This document shows positions 35,878 to 45,630 of a stretch of DNA of 64,000 nucleotides, piece by piece. A program made the translations under genes and the position numbers. Numbering within the stretch: the first letter of the stretch is position 1; each line of letters starts with the position of its first letter. The DNA comes from Acidobacteriota bacterium (GTDB lineage Bacteria > Acidobacteriota > UBA890 > WLXD01): positions 2,496,001 to 2,560,000 of the forward strand of contig CBDBHB010000009.1 of the NCBI GenBank assembly GCA_965205505.1, written 5' to 3'. Under the pieces are notes generated by a model that ran no database searches, was not told the origin of the DNA, and saw only the letters and a list, made by a program, of their open reading frames with translations.

Positions 35878-36887
35878 TCGGATCGCTGCGTCTGTTGGTC
35901 CGACGCATAGCCGGCCGGGTGCGACTGATGCCATGCCCAGGCATCTCGCAGAATCGTCGTCAGGTCGGAGTGCTTTGGTACCCAGCCGAGCTCGTCGCGC
36001 GCGCGCGCTGCGGAGGCGATCAGCGCCGGTGGGTCGCCGGGTCGGTTGGCCGCCGAGCGCACCGGAATCGGGTGATCGGTCACAGTGCGCGCGACCTCGA
36101 TCACCTGCATGACGGTTGATCCGGTCTCGGTGCCGAGGTTGTACACGGCGCTGCCGTTGATCGACGCGATGTTCTTCATTGCGTCGAGGTGAGCTGCCGC
36201 CAGATCCATGACATGCACGTAGTCGCGTACAGCCGTGCCGTCGACGCTGTCGTAGTTGTTGCCGTACACCTCCAGTGCGTCGGCTCTGCCCAGCGCCACC
36301 GCCAACACGCTCGGTACCAGGTTGCTTGAGGGAGTCTTGTCCTCGCCAAGCGACCCATCCGGGCGAGCGCCAGCGGCATTGAAGTAACGCAGTGACACGC
36401 CGCGCAAGCCATAGGCGGTGGCGTAGTAGCCGATGGCGCGATCTACCGCGAGCTTGGTGGCGCCGTATGCATTGATCGGCTGCGCCGGAGTCGATTCGTC
36501 GATTGGCATGCGCTCCGGTATGCCATACACAGCCGCCGTCGACGAGTGAACGATCCAACCTACGTCGCGGTCGACCATCCAATCCAACAGCGCGATGCTC
36601 TGGCAGACGTTGACGTCGTAGTAGTGGCGCGGCTGTTGCATCGACTCCTCTACGGAGCACTTAGCCGCCAGGTGCATGACCCCGTCGGGCCGCTGGGGTA
36701 CGGCATCGAGAGCCGCTCGATCGCCGCAACTCCCGACGATGAGCTCGACTTCGAGCGGCAGGGCGGCACGGTGACCCGACGAAAGATCGTCGACGACACA
36801 CACTCTATGCCCGGCATCGATCAGCGAACGAACGATGTTGCAGCCGACGTAGCCGGCCCCTCCCGTAACCAAGACGTATTTCGACAA
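35874..36887 (-). CDS. galE: UDP-glucose 4-epimerase
   Basis: TGGAGYVG, SSTAAVYG, YGATK, LRYFNAAGA, DGTAVRDYVHV.DLA. Confidence 0.93.
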   Translation of the reverse strand: MSKYVLVTGGAGYVGCNIVRSLIDAGHRVCVVDDLSSGHRAALPLEVELIVGSCGDRAALDAVPQRPDGVMHLAAKCSVEESMQQPRHYYDVNVCQSIALLDWMVDRDVGWIVHSSTAAVYGIPERMPIDESTPAQPINAYGATKLAVDRAIGYYATAYGLRGVSLRYFNAAGARPDGSLGEDKTPSSNLVPSVLAVALGRADALEVYGNNYDSVDGTAVRDYVHVMDLAAAHLDAMKNIASINGSAVYNLGTETGSTVMQVIEVARTVTDHPIPVRSAANRPGDPPALIASAARARDELGWVPKHSDLTTILRDAWAWHQSHPAGYASDQQTQRSE

Positions 36888-36943
36888 TGGCGGCTCGCGG
36901 GTGGTGGAAGGGCTGAGTGTACTGCCTTCGCCGTCGAGTCGCG

Positions 36944-37684
36944 CTACGCGTTAGGCGAGTAGCGCACCGCAGCCAGGCACAAACCATGGGCCGGCGCGGT
37001 GGCACCCGCGGAGGCCCGATCGCCAGACTTGGCGAGATCGGCGAGGTCGGCCGGGTCGCGCCGCCCTAGCCCAACGTCGACCAGCGTGCCGACCATACCG
37101 CGCACGGCATAGCGTAGAAAGCTACGCCCCTCAACACGAATCTTGATCACGTCGTTGCCCTCCACCGCGATCGCCTCGAGCGGTCGGTCGGGGCGGTTGT
37201 CGGTCACCGGCTGGGTAGCGAACGCGCGTTGGTCGAGTGGCCCAAGCAGGTGCTTTGCAGCTTGTTGCATGGCCGCGAGGTCCAGCTTGGCAGAGACGTG
37301 GCAGGCAAACGGAGCACGGAAGGGCGAGGCCACCGGCCGATTGTCGATCGTATACACGTAGAGCTTTCCGATGGCCGAGTGGCGGGCATGGAACCGGGCG
37401 CCCGCTGGCCGGCAATCCAACACCCGGATGTCGTTCCCTAGCCGTGCGTTCAGGGCAGCGAAGATCTCCTCGGGGGTGCGTTCGATCTCACTATCGAGGT
37501 GGGCCACCTGCCCGCGGGCGTGAACACCGGCATCGGTCCGGCTTGCCCCGGTAGCCGCGACATCGGTGCCAGCCACCGGTACGGCGGCCTCCTCGATGGC
37601 GGCCTGGACGGTTGGCGCCGCGGGTTGTCGTTGCCATCCCGCGTAGGAGGTCCCAACGTAGGCCAGCGTGAGCTTCAATCGCAT
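36944..37684 (-). CDS. truA: tRNA pseudouridine(38-40) synthase
   Basis: GWQRQ, SRTDAGVHARGQ, FHAR, TAPAHGL.L. Confidence 0.96.
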   Translation of the reverse strand: MRLKLTLAYVGTSYAGWQRQPAAPTVQAAIEEAAVPVAGTDVAATGASRTDAGVHARGQVAHLDSEIERTPEEIFAALNARLGNDIRVLDCRPAGARFHARHSAIGKLYVYTIDNRPVASPFRAPFACHVSAKLDLAAMQQAAKHLLGPLDQRAFATQPVTDNRPDRPLEAIAVEGNDVIKIRVEGRSFLRYAVRGMVGTLVDVGLGRRDPADLADLAKSGDRASAGATAPAHGLCLAAVRYSPNA

Positions 37685-37734
37685 GGGGCGATGGTATCCT
37701 GACGTTTCCTGCCGCCCCGACCCGGTCGCGAGTA

Positions 37735-38247
37735 ATGGCCGTTCTTCCTATCGTCAAGTATCCCGATCCACGCCTCGAAGAGCCTACGCAGACGGTCGAG
37801 TGTTTCGACAACGAGCTGCGAGATCTGGCCGAGGACATGATCGAGACTCTGCACGCTGCCCCCGGTATCGGGCTGGCGGCTCCTCAGATCGGTCGCACCG
37901 CGCGGATCACGGTGGTCGATCTGTCGGCGGGCACCGAAGCCGACGAGTTGCTCGTGTTGGTGAACCCTGTCGTCGTGGCCGAGAGCGGCAGAGTGAGCGA
38001 GGATGAGGGGTGCTTGTCGTTTCCCGACCTGACACTCGTTGTGCCGCGTCCGAAGCGCGTCGTTGTTGAAGCGCAGAATCTCGACGGCGAACCGTTCAGC
38101 ATCGAAGCCGAGGAACTTCTGGCGCGGTGTCTGCACCATGAGCTCGACCATCTCGACGGGGTCCTGTTCATCCGGCGCGTATCGCCGCTGAAGCGCGACC
38201 TGGCCCGGCGCAAGATCCAGAAGAAGATCCGTGCCGGAGAGTGGTAG
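37735..38247 (+). CDS. def: Peptide deformylase
   Basis: GIGLAAPQIG, EGCLS, HELDHLDG. Confidence 0.98.
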   Translation: MAVLPIVKYPDPRLEEPTQTVECFDNELRDLAEDMIETLHAAPGIGLAAPQIGRTARITVVDLSAGTEADELLVLVNPVVVAESGRVSEDEGCLSFPDLTLVVPRPKRVVVEAQNLDGEPFSIEAEELLARCLHHELDHLDGVLFIRRVSPLKRDLARRKIQKKIRAGEW

Positions 38248-39208
38248 CGCCACGCCGCCCGGCGCCGGCCTCCGGGTCTTCTTCATGGGTACGCCCGAGC
38301 TGGCGGTGCCGACGCTGGCGGCGCTGGCCGATGCCGAGGATGTTGTCGGCGTAGCCACCCAGCCGGATCGCCGTTCCGGGCGCGGTCGGCAGACGCTAGG
38401 GTCGCCGGTGAAGGCCTGGGCGGTAGAGCACGCCGTGCCTCTCGAGCAGCCTTCGTCCCTGCATGCTGCCGACGTTGTCGCCGCGATGCGTAGCTATCGA
38501 CCTGATGTCATCGTGGTGTTCGCTTACGGTCTCATTCTTCCCGCCGAGCTCCTCGAGATGCCGCCGCTCGGCTGCGTTAACGTGCACGCTTCACTGCTGC
38601 CCCGCCATCGTGGGGCGAGCCCGATTCAGGCAGCGATTCTCGCCGGCGACACGGTAACCGGCGTCACCACCATGCTGATGAACGAGGGTCTCGACACGGG
38701 TCCGATCCTGCAGCAAACAGAGGTGCCAATGTGCAGCGACGACACCGCGGCGACCGTCGGACAGCGGCTTGCCTCGGCGGGCGCGATGCTGGCCGCCAAG
38801 ACCTTGCGCGAGCTGGCGGCCGGCCGCATCGTGGCGCGGGAGCAGGACGAATCTGCAGCCACTATGACGCGACTGTTGCGCAAGTCCGATGGCCGGATCA
38901 ACTGGACACAGAGCGCCCTCCAGATCGATCGTCGCGTCCGGGCCATGCAGCCATGGCCGGTCGCGTTCGGGGATCTCGGCGGCACGCGCGTGCAGATCTG
39001 GCGAGTCGAGCCGGGGCCGGAGAGCACGCTGCAGGTTGGTGAGGTCCAGGCAAACGCGGACGGCCTCGTGGTCGGGTGTGGCGATGGCCAGAGCCTCCGC
39101 ATCGTCGAGTTGCAACGAGCCGGCGGCCGCCGGCTGGTGGTAGCGGAGTTCTTGCGGGGTTTCGTGATAGCGCCCGGCGATCACTTCAGCAGCGGCACGC
39201 CGAGTTGA
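38231..39208 (+). CDS. fmt: Methionyl-tRNA formyltransferase
   Basis: FMGTP, TQPDR, NVHASLLP.HRGASPI, GLDTG. Confidence 0.97.
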   Translation: MPESGSATPPGAGLRVFFMGTPELAVPTLAALADAEDVVGVATQPDRRSGRGRQTLGSPVKAWAVEHAVPLEQPSSLHAADVVAAMRSYRPDVIVVFAYGLILPAELLEMPPLGCVNVHASLLPRHRGASPIQAAILAGDTVTGVTTMLMNEGLDTGPILQQTEVPMCSDDTAATVGQRLASAGAMLAAKTLRELAAGRIVAREQDESAATMTRLLRKSDGRINWTQSALQIDRRVRAMQPWPVAFGDLGGTRVQIWRVEPGPESTLQVGEVQANADGLVVGCGDGQSLRIVELQRAGGRRLVVAEFLRGFVIAPGDHFSSGTPS

Positions 39209-39213
39209 GCGCG

Positions 39214-40536
39214 ATGGACGGTGACGTCGCCGGCGTTGCGAGCCGTGCGCTGGCGCTGAGCGTGCTGGTAAAAGTGGAGCGAGGTGGTCGCAGCGATCGT
39301 CTGCTGGACGCAGCGCTACGGGCGTCACCGCTCGAGGCGCGTGATCGACGCCTGGCGACGGAGATCATCTATGGATCGCTGCGGCGGCAGGCGACCCTCG
39401 ATCGAACCCTAACGAGGTTCTGTGACCAGCCGCTCGAACGGCTTGAGCCGGTGGTGCGCTGCACCCTTCGGCTGGCGGCATATCAGTGTGCTTTCCTAGG
39501 GTCGGTGCCGTGTCACGCAGCAGTCTTCGCCAGCGTCGAGGCGGTGAAGGCGCACCGCCCGCGGGCAACTGGCCTCGTCAACGGGGTCTTACGGGCCTGG
39601 CTGAGAGCCGGTGCGCTGCTCGATGAGGGCGACGGCTCGTTGGCGGCGCGCCTCGACGTGCCCCCGTGGCTCGCGAAACGCTGGCTGGCTCGCTACGGGG
39701 AGGCGGCGACGGAGGCGTGGTGGCGGGCGGCGCTCGAGCCGGCGCCGCGCGCGCTGCGGGTGCACCCCCGGGTGCTCTCGACGGCTGCGGCGCTGGCGAT
39801 GCTGGGGGATGCGGGAGTTGTCGCCGAGAAAAGCCCGGCAGTTGATCACTGCGTGCGCGTTAGCCGAGGTTCGCTCGCCGCGTGTGATGCGCTCCACAAG
39901 GGTCTCATGACGCCGCGCAACGAGGCTGGCCAGCTGGTGACAGAGTTGCTTCCCCCGGGCGACGGCTGGACCGTCGATGCCTGTGCGGGTCGCGGCGGCA
40001 AGTCGGTTCAATTGGCGGAGGCGGGAGCCCCGGGCGTTCTGGCGCTCGACGTCGACGCGACTCAGCTTGGCGACGCCAGAACGGCGGCAGCAAATGCCGC
40101 CACACCCGAGGTACGGTTCGCCTGCGCCGACCTGACGTCGGCGTTCCCGGTGCGAGGACGGTTCGATCGGATTCTCGTCGACGCTCCGTGCTCAGGGGTC
40201 GGAACAGTGCGTCGGCACCCGGAGATCAAGTGGCGGCTTGACGCGCGCCGGCTCGGCCGCCTGGCGCGTCGTCAACGTCAGTTGCTGTCGCGGGGTCTGG
40301 CGGCGCTGGCGCCAGGAGGGCTCCTCCTCTACGTTACCTGTTCGACCGAGCCGGAGGAGAACGAGGCGGTGATCGAGGCAGTGATGCGGTCGCACCGCCA
40401 CATCCGCCAGAAGGCCCTCGAATTCGACTCGGTGGCCGACGTGATCGGCAACGACGGCTGCTTCCGCACCTACCCGGTACAGCCCGAGCTGGACGGGTTC
40501 TTCGCCGCGCTGCTATGGCGCCAACCCAAGGGCTGA
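39214..40536 (+). CDS. rsmB: 16S rRNA m5C967 methyltransferase (NusB-like + MTase)
   Basis: DACAG.GGK, DAPCSG.G, YVTCS..PEENE, DGFF; follows def-fmt. Confidence 0.9.
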   Translation: MDGDVAGVASRALALSVLVKVERGGRSDRLLDAALRASPLEARDRRLATEIIYGSLRRQATLDRTLTRFCDQPLERLEPVVRCTLRLAAYQCAFLGSVPCHAAVFASVEAVKAHRPRATGLVNGVLRAWLRAGALLDEGDGSLAARLDVPPWLAKRWLARYGEAATEAWWRAALEPAPRALRVHPRVLSTAAALAMLGDAGVVAEKSPAVDHCVRVSRGSLAACDALHKGLMTPRNEAGQLVTELLPPGDGWTVDACAGRGGKSVQLAEAGAPGVLALDVDATQLGDARTAAANAATPEVRFACADLTSAFPVRGRFDRILVDAPCSGVGTVRRHPEIKWRLDARRLGRLARRQRQLLSRGLAALAPGGLLLYVTCSTEPEENEAVIEAVMRSHRHIRQKALEFDSVADVIGNDGCFRTYPVQPELDGFFAALLWRQPKG

Positions 40537-40626
40537 CATGGCGCCCATGGTATACTCGACCTCGCTGGCAACCGCTGGCGGAGCCTTAACGTTGGGCGCC
40601 TCCTGCGCCGCAAACCCTGCTCTTCC

Positions 40627-41367
40627 GTGGCATCCCTGACGTCCCGATTCGCGTCCGTGTTGCGACTCGCGCTGCTGTTGCCCGTGTGCGGGTTTCTGTT
40701 CGTGCTGAGCGGCTGGCTCGCCACGAGGATCGCCGTCGGCGGTCCGGCCGATCGCGTTCCTGACGTCGTCGGCCTCTCGGTGGAAGACGCTTCGGCGCGG
40801 CTTGCTGCCGTGGGCATGCATGCCGACTTGGACGACGACCTGATGGAAGAGGCTGACATCCCGGCCAACCACGTGGCGCGCCAGGATCCGGGACCGGGAA
40901 CGCCGGTAAAGCGGGTGCGCAACGTACGGCTGATGCTGTCGACGGGACCGCGGACGCTCACCCTCCAGTCGATGGTCGGTGAGACGCGATCGCGGGCCGA
41001 GATCGCGCTGCAGCAACAGGGGTTCGATGTCGACTATGTGGCGTTGGCACCGAGCCCGAACGTACCCCGTGGCACGGTCATCGGCCAGGAGCCCGACCCG
41101 GCCGAGTTGCCGCCCGGAGAGGTCGTGCCCCTACGGTTATTGGCCTCGTTGGGCGCTCCGCCGCGCTACTACGTGATGGCCGATCTGGTGTCGCTGCCAG
41201 TGAGGGAAGTCCGCCCCTACCTGGAAGCCAGGGGCTTTCGGGTAAGTGAAGAGCCCAATCGTCGCGAGGTGGCGAATGTCCCGCCCGGGACGATCGTAAG
41301 CCAGCTGCCGTTCCCAGGCTTCAAGATTGCGGCCGGCGGTCAGATCACCCTGCGGGTGAGCCGGTGA
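40627..41367 (+). CDS. PASTA-domain protein (three repeats)
   Basis: One TM then VPDVVG..V..Q.P.PG repeats. Confidence 0.88.
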   Translation: MASLTSRFASVLRLALLLPVCGFLFVLSGWLATRIAVGGPADRVPDVVGLSVEDASARLAAVGMHADLDDDLMEEADIPANHVARQDPGPGTPVKRVRNVRLMLSTGPRTLTLQSMVGETRSRAEIALQQQGFDVDYVALAPSPNVPRGTVIGQEPDPAELPPGEVVPLRLLASLGAPPRYYVMADLVSLPVREVRPYLEARGFRVSEEPNRREVANVPPGTIVSQLPFPGFKIAAGGQITLRVSR

Positions 41368-42029
41368 GCCAGCCGCTCGTCGCAGCGTCGCTGCTTGCTG
41401 CCGATCAGACCAACGTGGCAGCGGCAGTGGGCCTTCTCGACGAGCGTTGCGACATCTTTCATGTGGATGTGATGGACGGACACTTCGTGCCCAATATCTC
41501 GATGGGACCTGCCGTCGTCGAGGGCTTGCGCCCGCGCACATCGACGCCGCTCGACGTGCATCTCATGGTGGCAAACCCTGGTGCATGGCTGGAGCGCTAT
41601 CGGGCTGCGGGGGCCGACTGGATCAGCGTTCATGCGGAGGCCACCGCGCATCTGGAGCGCACTGTGAGCCAGGTGCGCGAGTGCGGCGCGCGTGCGGGTG
41701 TCGCGCTGAATCCGACGACGCCGCCGAATGGTCTCGAGTACGTGCTTCAGGATGGTGACTTCGTGGTCGTGATGACGGTCAATCCCGGGTATGGAGGACA
41801 GAGCTTCTTGCCGACGTCGGTGGCGAAAATCGGCGCCGTTCGCCGATACCTCGACGATGCTGGCCTCGGAGGTGTGGATATCGAGGTCGACGGCGGTATT
41901 GACATGACCAACGCAGGGGAGTGTGTGAGCGCCGGGGCCGCGGTCCTGGTGGCCGGGTCGGCGATTCTCAAGGCGCCAGATCCGGTGCAGGCGGCTCGCG
42001 CCATACGCGCCGCGGCGGCCGCAGGCTGA
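41364..42029 (+). CDS. rpe: Ribulose-phosphate 3-epimerase
   Basis: HVDVMDGHFVPN, DVHLM, MTVNPG.GGQ, EVDGG. Confidence 0.97.
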   Translation: MSQPLVAASLLAADQTNVAAAVGLLDERCDIFHVDVMDGHFVPNISMGPAVVEGLRPRTSTPLDVHLMVANPGAWLERYRAAGADWISVHAEATAHLERTVSQVRECGARAGVALNPTTPPNGLEYVLQDGDFVVVMTVNPGYGGQSFLPTSVAKIGAVRRYLDDAGLGGVDIEVDGGIDMTNAGECVSAGAAVLVAGSAILKAPDPVQAARAIRAAAAAG

Positions 42030-42031
42030 CC

Positions 42032-42970
42032 ATGCGTTGTTTGGTTACCGGCGCCGCCGGGTTCATCGCTTCGACGCTCGCGCAGCGATTGCTGTCGGAC
42101 GGGCACGAGGTCGTGGGCGTCGATGGCTTCGTGGCCAACTATGCAGAGCCGCTCAAGCGCGCCAACCTGGCCGGCCTGCTCGGGGAGCCTCGATTTTCCT
42201 TTGTGGAGGGCTTGATCGAGACCCTCGACGTTGAGCCTCTGGTGACTCAGGCGGACTACGTCTATCACTTGGCGGCGCTGCCAGGCGTGCGCTCCTCCTG
42301 GGGCGCGAGCTTCGAGGCCTACGTGTCGCACAACGTGTACGTCACCCAAAGATTGCTCGAAGCGGCGCGCCGGGTCGGGGTCGAGCGTTTCGCCTACGCG
42401 TCGTCGTCATCGGTGTACGGCGATACCGATGTGCTGCCGATGGTAGAGACCGGACGCGAGCGCCCACATTCGCCCTATGGAGTGACCAAGCTTGCCGGAG
42501 AGCACTTGGTACGCTTGTACCATCGCAACTACGGTGTCCCCACCGTCAGCTTGCGCTACTTCACCGTGTACGGTCCCAGGCAGCGGCCCGATATGGCCAT
42601 ACAGCGTTTTCTGACCGCAGCCCGGGATGGCGATCCGATCACGCTGTTCGGAGACGGCGAGCAGACGCGCGACTTTACCTACGTTGACGACACTGTCAGG
42701 GCGACACTACGAGCGGCCGAACGGGGTCGTCTGGGTGCTGTGTATAATATCGGTGGGGGGAGCACAGTAACGGTCAATCGCCTCATTGAGGTGATCGAAG
42801 TCGTGACCGGGAGTCGACTCGAGGTGCGGCGAGAAGGGGTCCAGCACGGGGACGTAGGCCACACGCTGGCCGACACGCGACGTGCCAACGAAGACCTCGA
42901 TTTCGTACCTTCGATACAGCTGCAAGACGGGATCGAACGCCACTGGAACTGGCTGCACGCCACGGACTGA
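42032..42970 (+). CDS. NAD-dependent nucleotide-sugar epimerase/dehydratase
   Basis: TGAAGFI, ASSSSVYG, SPYGVTK, LRYFTVYGPRQRPDM. Confidence 0.93.
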   Translation: MRCLVTGAAGFIASTLAQRLLSDGHEVVGVDGFVANYAEPLKRANLAGLLGEPRFSFVEGLIETLDVEPLVTQADYVYHLAALPGVRSSWGASFEAYVSHNVYVTQRLLEAARRVGVERFAYASSSSVYGDTDVLPMVETGRERPHSPYGVTKLAGEHLVRLYHRNYGVPTVSLRYFTVYGPRQRPDMAIQRFLTAARDGDPITLFGDGEQTRDFTYVDDTVRATLRAAERGRLGAVYNIGGGSTVTVNRLIEVIEVVTGSRLEVRREGVQHGDVGHTLADTRRANEDLDFVPSIQLQDGIERHWNWLHATD

Positions 42971-42990
42971 CGACGCGAGATCGACACACA

Positions 42991-43803
42991 ATGAGGGCTT
43001 CTCCGAGCAGGCTGCTGACGGGTGTTTCCGCCGCTGTGCTGGGCCTGGCGGTCTGGAGCTGTGGGTCCGCCGGCATGATACTGCCCTCCGACACAGCTGG
43101 CACCGCGCTCTTCGAGCAGGCCGAGGGCTTTCTTGCCGACGGCAAGTACCGCCAGGCGACCGAAGCTTTCGACACGCTGCTGCGGAACTATCCCACCAGC
43201 CCGCACCTCGCGGATGCACGCATCGGGCTCGGGCGCGCCTACTACGAGCGGAGGCGCCCCGGTTTGCTGTTGCTTGCGGTCGATGCGTTCCGGAATTTCC
43301 TCACCTACCATCCGTCGCACGCGCAAGTCGACTATGCGCAGTTGATGATCGCGATGAGCTTCGCACGCTTGATGCGAGCTCCCGACCGCGACCAGTCGCA
43401 AACGCGCGAGGCGCTTCGGGCCTATCAAGATTTCCAAGAGGACTATCCGGACAGCCGCTATCGCGATCTGGCGGAGACCAACATGCGCGAGGTCATCGAT
43501 ACGCTGGCGCAGCACGAGATACAGGTGGCGTCTTTCCAGCTCGGGCGCAACCGTTACACGGCGTCGCGGCAACGAGCACGCTATGCGCTGCGAAACTATC
43601 CGGAGACGTCATATCGTTGTGAGCTGATCAATTTGCTGGCGGAGTCGTACTGGCGCGAGGGGGACGCGCGGCAAGCGGGCGACTACTACCAGCGTCTCGT
43701 TGACGAGCATCCAGACTGCGAGTACGCAGAGGACGCTCACAAGAGGCTCAGCACGGGAGGCGCAGTCGGGTCGTCGAACGGAGACGGCTCCGGGATTCGT
43801 TGA
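42991..43803 (+). CDS. bamD: Outer membrane assembly lipoprotein BamD
   Basis: VWSC lipobox, TPR repeats, DRDQSQT, YPDS.Y, LAQHEI.VA. Confidence 0.88.
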   Translation: MRASPSRLLTGVSAAVLGLAVWSCGSAGMILPSDTAGTALFEQAEGFLADGKYRQATEAFDTLLRNYPTSPHLADARIGLGRAYYERRRPGLLLLAVDAFRNFLTYHPSHAQVDYAQLMIAMSFARLMRAPDRDQSQTREALRAYQDFQEDYPDSRYRDLAETNMREVIDTLAQHEIQVASFQLGRNRYTASRQRARYALRNYPETSYRCELINLLAESYWREGDARQAGDYYQRLVDEHPDCEYAEDAHKRLSTGGAVGSSNGDGSGIR

Positions 43804-43824
43804 CCCCACACGGAGGGGAATCCG

Positions 43825-44670
43825 ATGCGTCGAATACCTTCGACCGCTCGCGCGGCGGTTGCGTTTGGCCTGCTTTGCGTCGCTGTGGCCCCGGCGGGCG
43901 GGACCACGACGTCACAGAATGTACCCAACACTAATGCCTACCTGGGGCCCGAGTGCTTTGCCACCGTCGTGCCCCACGGGAGCCTGCCCCTCGCCCGGGT
44001 CAGCGGCTCTCGCGAGCCGGGCATGCTTATGTACTCCACAGGCGATGAGATTTTCCTGCACGGCAGCGGAATGGGGCTCGGCGAAACATACCTCGTCTAT
44101 CGCGTCGATGGGATCGTGCGGCATCCCACCACCGGAGCTACGGTGGGCGAGGCCATGAACCTGATCGGCCGCGTCGAGGTGATCGATCTGGTGGAGGGTC
44201 GCGCGCTGGCCTTGGTGACGTCGGCATGCATCGAGCTCGAGGTCGGCGACCCGATACAGCCGTTGCTCCAACAAGACGTGTCCACGAGTGGAGCCGTTTC
44301 GCCTGTCGATCCGAACCGCCTGGTAACGCCCCGGGTGACCGATGCCACAGTGGTGTACGCCACCAGCAGCTCGATGTACAACCCTGCCAACGGCAGTCGC
44401 CAAAACATGGCGGTGTGGAACACGCACGCTGCCGGTGAAGTCATTACGATCGATCAGGGTCGCGCTGATGGTTGGAGGCTCGACACGCCGGCGCTCTTCT
44501 ATCTGGAGCACCGGGGGCGCGTTGCCGTCAGCAACTCGGTAAAGGACGAGCCCATTGTCGTCGGACAGGGGGTCGTGTTCTGGCTCCAGGAAACTACTGC
44601 CGCGCTGTTGATCACTGACGGTGACGGAGCGGTTGAGATCGGCTCTCGGGCGCGGCAGCACGGCCAATGA
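43825..44670 (+). CDS. Exported hypothetical beta-rich protein
   Basis: GGAGG SD, signal peptide, GDEIFL..YLVYR..VRHPTTG pattern. Confidence 0.7.
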   Translation: MRRIPSTARAAVAFGLLCVAVAPAGGTTTSQNVPNTNAYLGPECFATVVPHGSLPLARVSGSREPGMLMYSTGDEIFLHGSGMGLGETYLVYRVDGIVRHPTTGATVGEAMNLIGRVEVIDLVEGRALALVTSACIELEVGDPIQPLLQQDVSTSGAVSPVDPNRLVTPRVTDATVVYATSSSMYNPANGSRQNMAVWNTHAAGEVITIDQGRADGWRLDTPALFYLEHRGRVAVSNSVKDEPIVVGQGVVFWLQETTAALLITDGDGAVEIGSRARQHGQ

Positions 44671-44714
44671 ATTACCCCTCGGAGGGCTGCGCGGAGCGTA
44701 TTAGGCTCGGGGGT

Positions 44715-45299
44715 ATGAACAAGAGGTGCGGGATGCGATACGGGTTGCTTGTCACCGGGCTCCTCCTGCTGGCCTACCCGACCGTGGTGGCTGCCGACAG
44801 CATCTACCTGAAGAACGGCCGGGTGATCCGTACGCAACGAAGCGAGGTGGTGGGCGACAAGCTCGTGTTCTTGCAATACGGCGCCGAGATCACCATTCCG
44901 ATGTCACTCGTCGATCGCGTCGAACCGGACGACGAGCTCGAGGAGGTTCCGAGCCCGGTGCGTCAGCCATCGCCGCAGGACGGTGATTCCGACGAGGACA
45001 CCGGTGGCACTGACGAAGGCGAACAGGACGAGGTACCTGCAGAGGAAACGCGGGGCTATTGGCGGGCCCGCGTCGAGGAAATCGCCAGCCAGCGCGCCGA
45101 CCTACAAGCGCAGATCGTCGAACATCGTCGCGAGGAGCGGGCTTTCCTCTTCTCGCATCGTTCGACAGCCGAGACGCGGCGCAAGATCGAGGCGGCGCAG
45201 CAGCAAATGGTGGAGCTCGACGAGCAGATGCGTGAGCTACGGCGTGAGGCGCGCCGCCAGGGCATCCCTCCGGGGTGGCTGCGAGGTCGGCTACCGTGA
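44715..45299 (+). CDS. Exported hypothetical protein with acidic linker and coiled coil
   Basis: Signal peptide, ADSIYLKNGRVI, C-terminal PPGWLR. Confidence 0.7.
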   Translation: MNKRCGMRYGLLVTGLLLLAYPTVVAADSIYLKNGRVIRTQRSEVVGDKLVFLQYGAEITIPMSLVDRVEPDDELEEVPSPVRQPSPQDGDSDEDTGGTDEGEQDEVPAEETRGYWRARVEEIASQRADLQAQIVEHRREERAFLFSHRSTAETRRKIEAAQQQMVELDEQMRELRREARRQGIPPGWLRGRLP

Positions 45300-45608
45300 G
45301 CTCAGGTAAATGGCGCGCAGTTGGCCCAGGTGTGTGGGCAACACCAACGCCGCCAGCTCAACGGGTCCGAGATCGTCGAAAAAACGGTTCACTGCTCCGA
45401 GTCTCTCGCCCAGCGAGGACGACGATAATCCCTCGACCAGCCGTTCGAAGCGGGCGTCGGTCTCCGCCATCAGCCGTGCTTCCTCGAGGTCTTTCTTGAA
45501 TAGCTCGCCACCATCGCGATCAGAGAGCGTCTCGGAAAGTTTCTCCAAATCGGTCAGGTGCGCCAGGCGCGCCGCCGGGTCGCTGAAGTCGAGATCGTCG
45601 AATCCCAT
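45291..45608 (-). CDS. Hypothetical protein (105 aa)
   Basis: Protein-like composition; TATAAT 6 nt before ATG. Confidence 0.65.
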   Translation of the reverse strand: MGFDDLDFSDPAARLAHLTDLEKLSETLSDRDGGELFKKDLEEARLMAETDARFERLVEGLSSSSLGERLGAVNRFFDDLGPVELAALVLPTHLGQLRAIYLSSR

Positions 45609-45614
45609 GCGGCG

Positions 45615-45624
45615 ATTATAGACT
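45615..45624. promoter_or_regulatory. Overlapping divergent -10 elements
   Basis: TATAAT on - strand (45620-45615) and TAGACT on + strand (45619-45624), each 6 nt from an ATG. Confidence 0.6.
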
Positions 45625-45630
45625 CGCCCC

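Noticed and set aside
35083-36660. 525-aa ORF as a cdsA fusion
   Set aside because: The upstream part overlaps galE in another frame; the real start is GTG 35877
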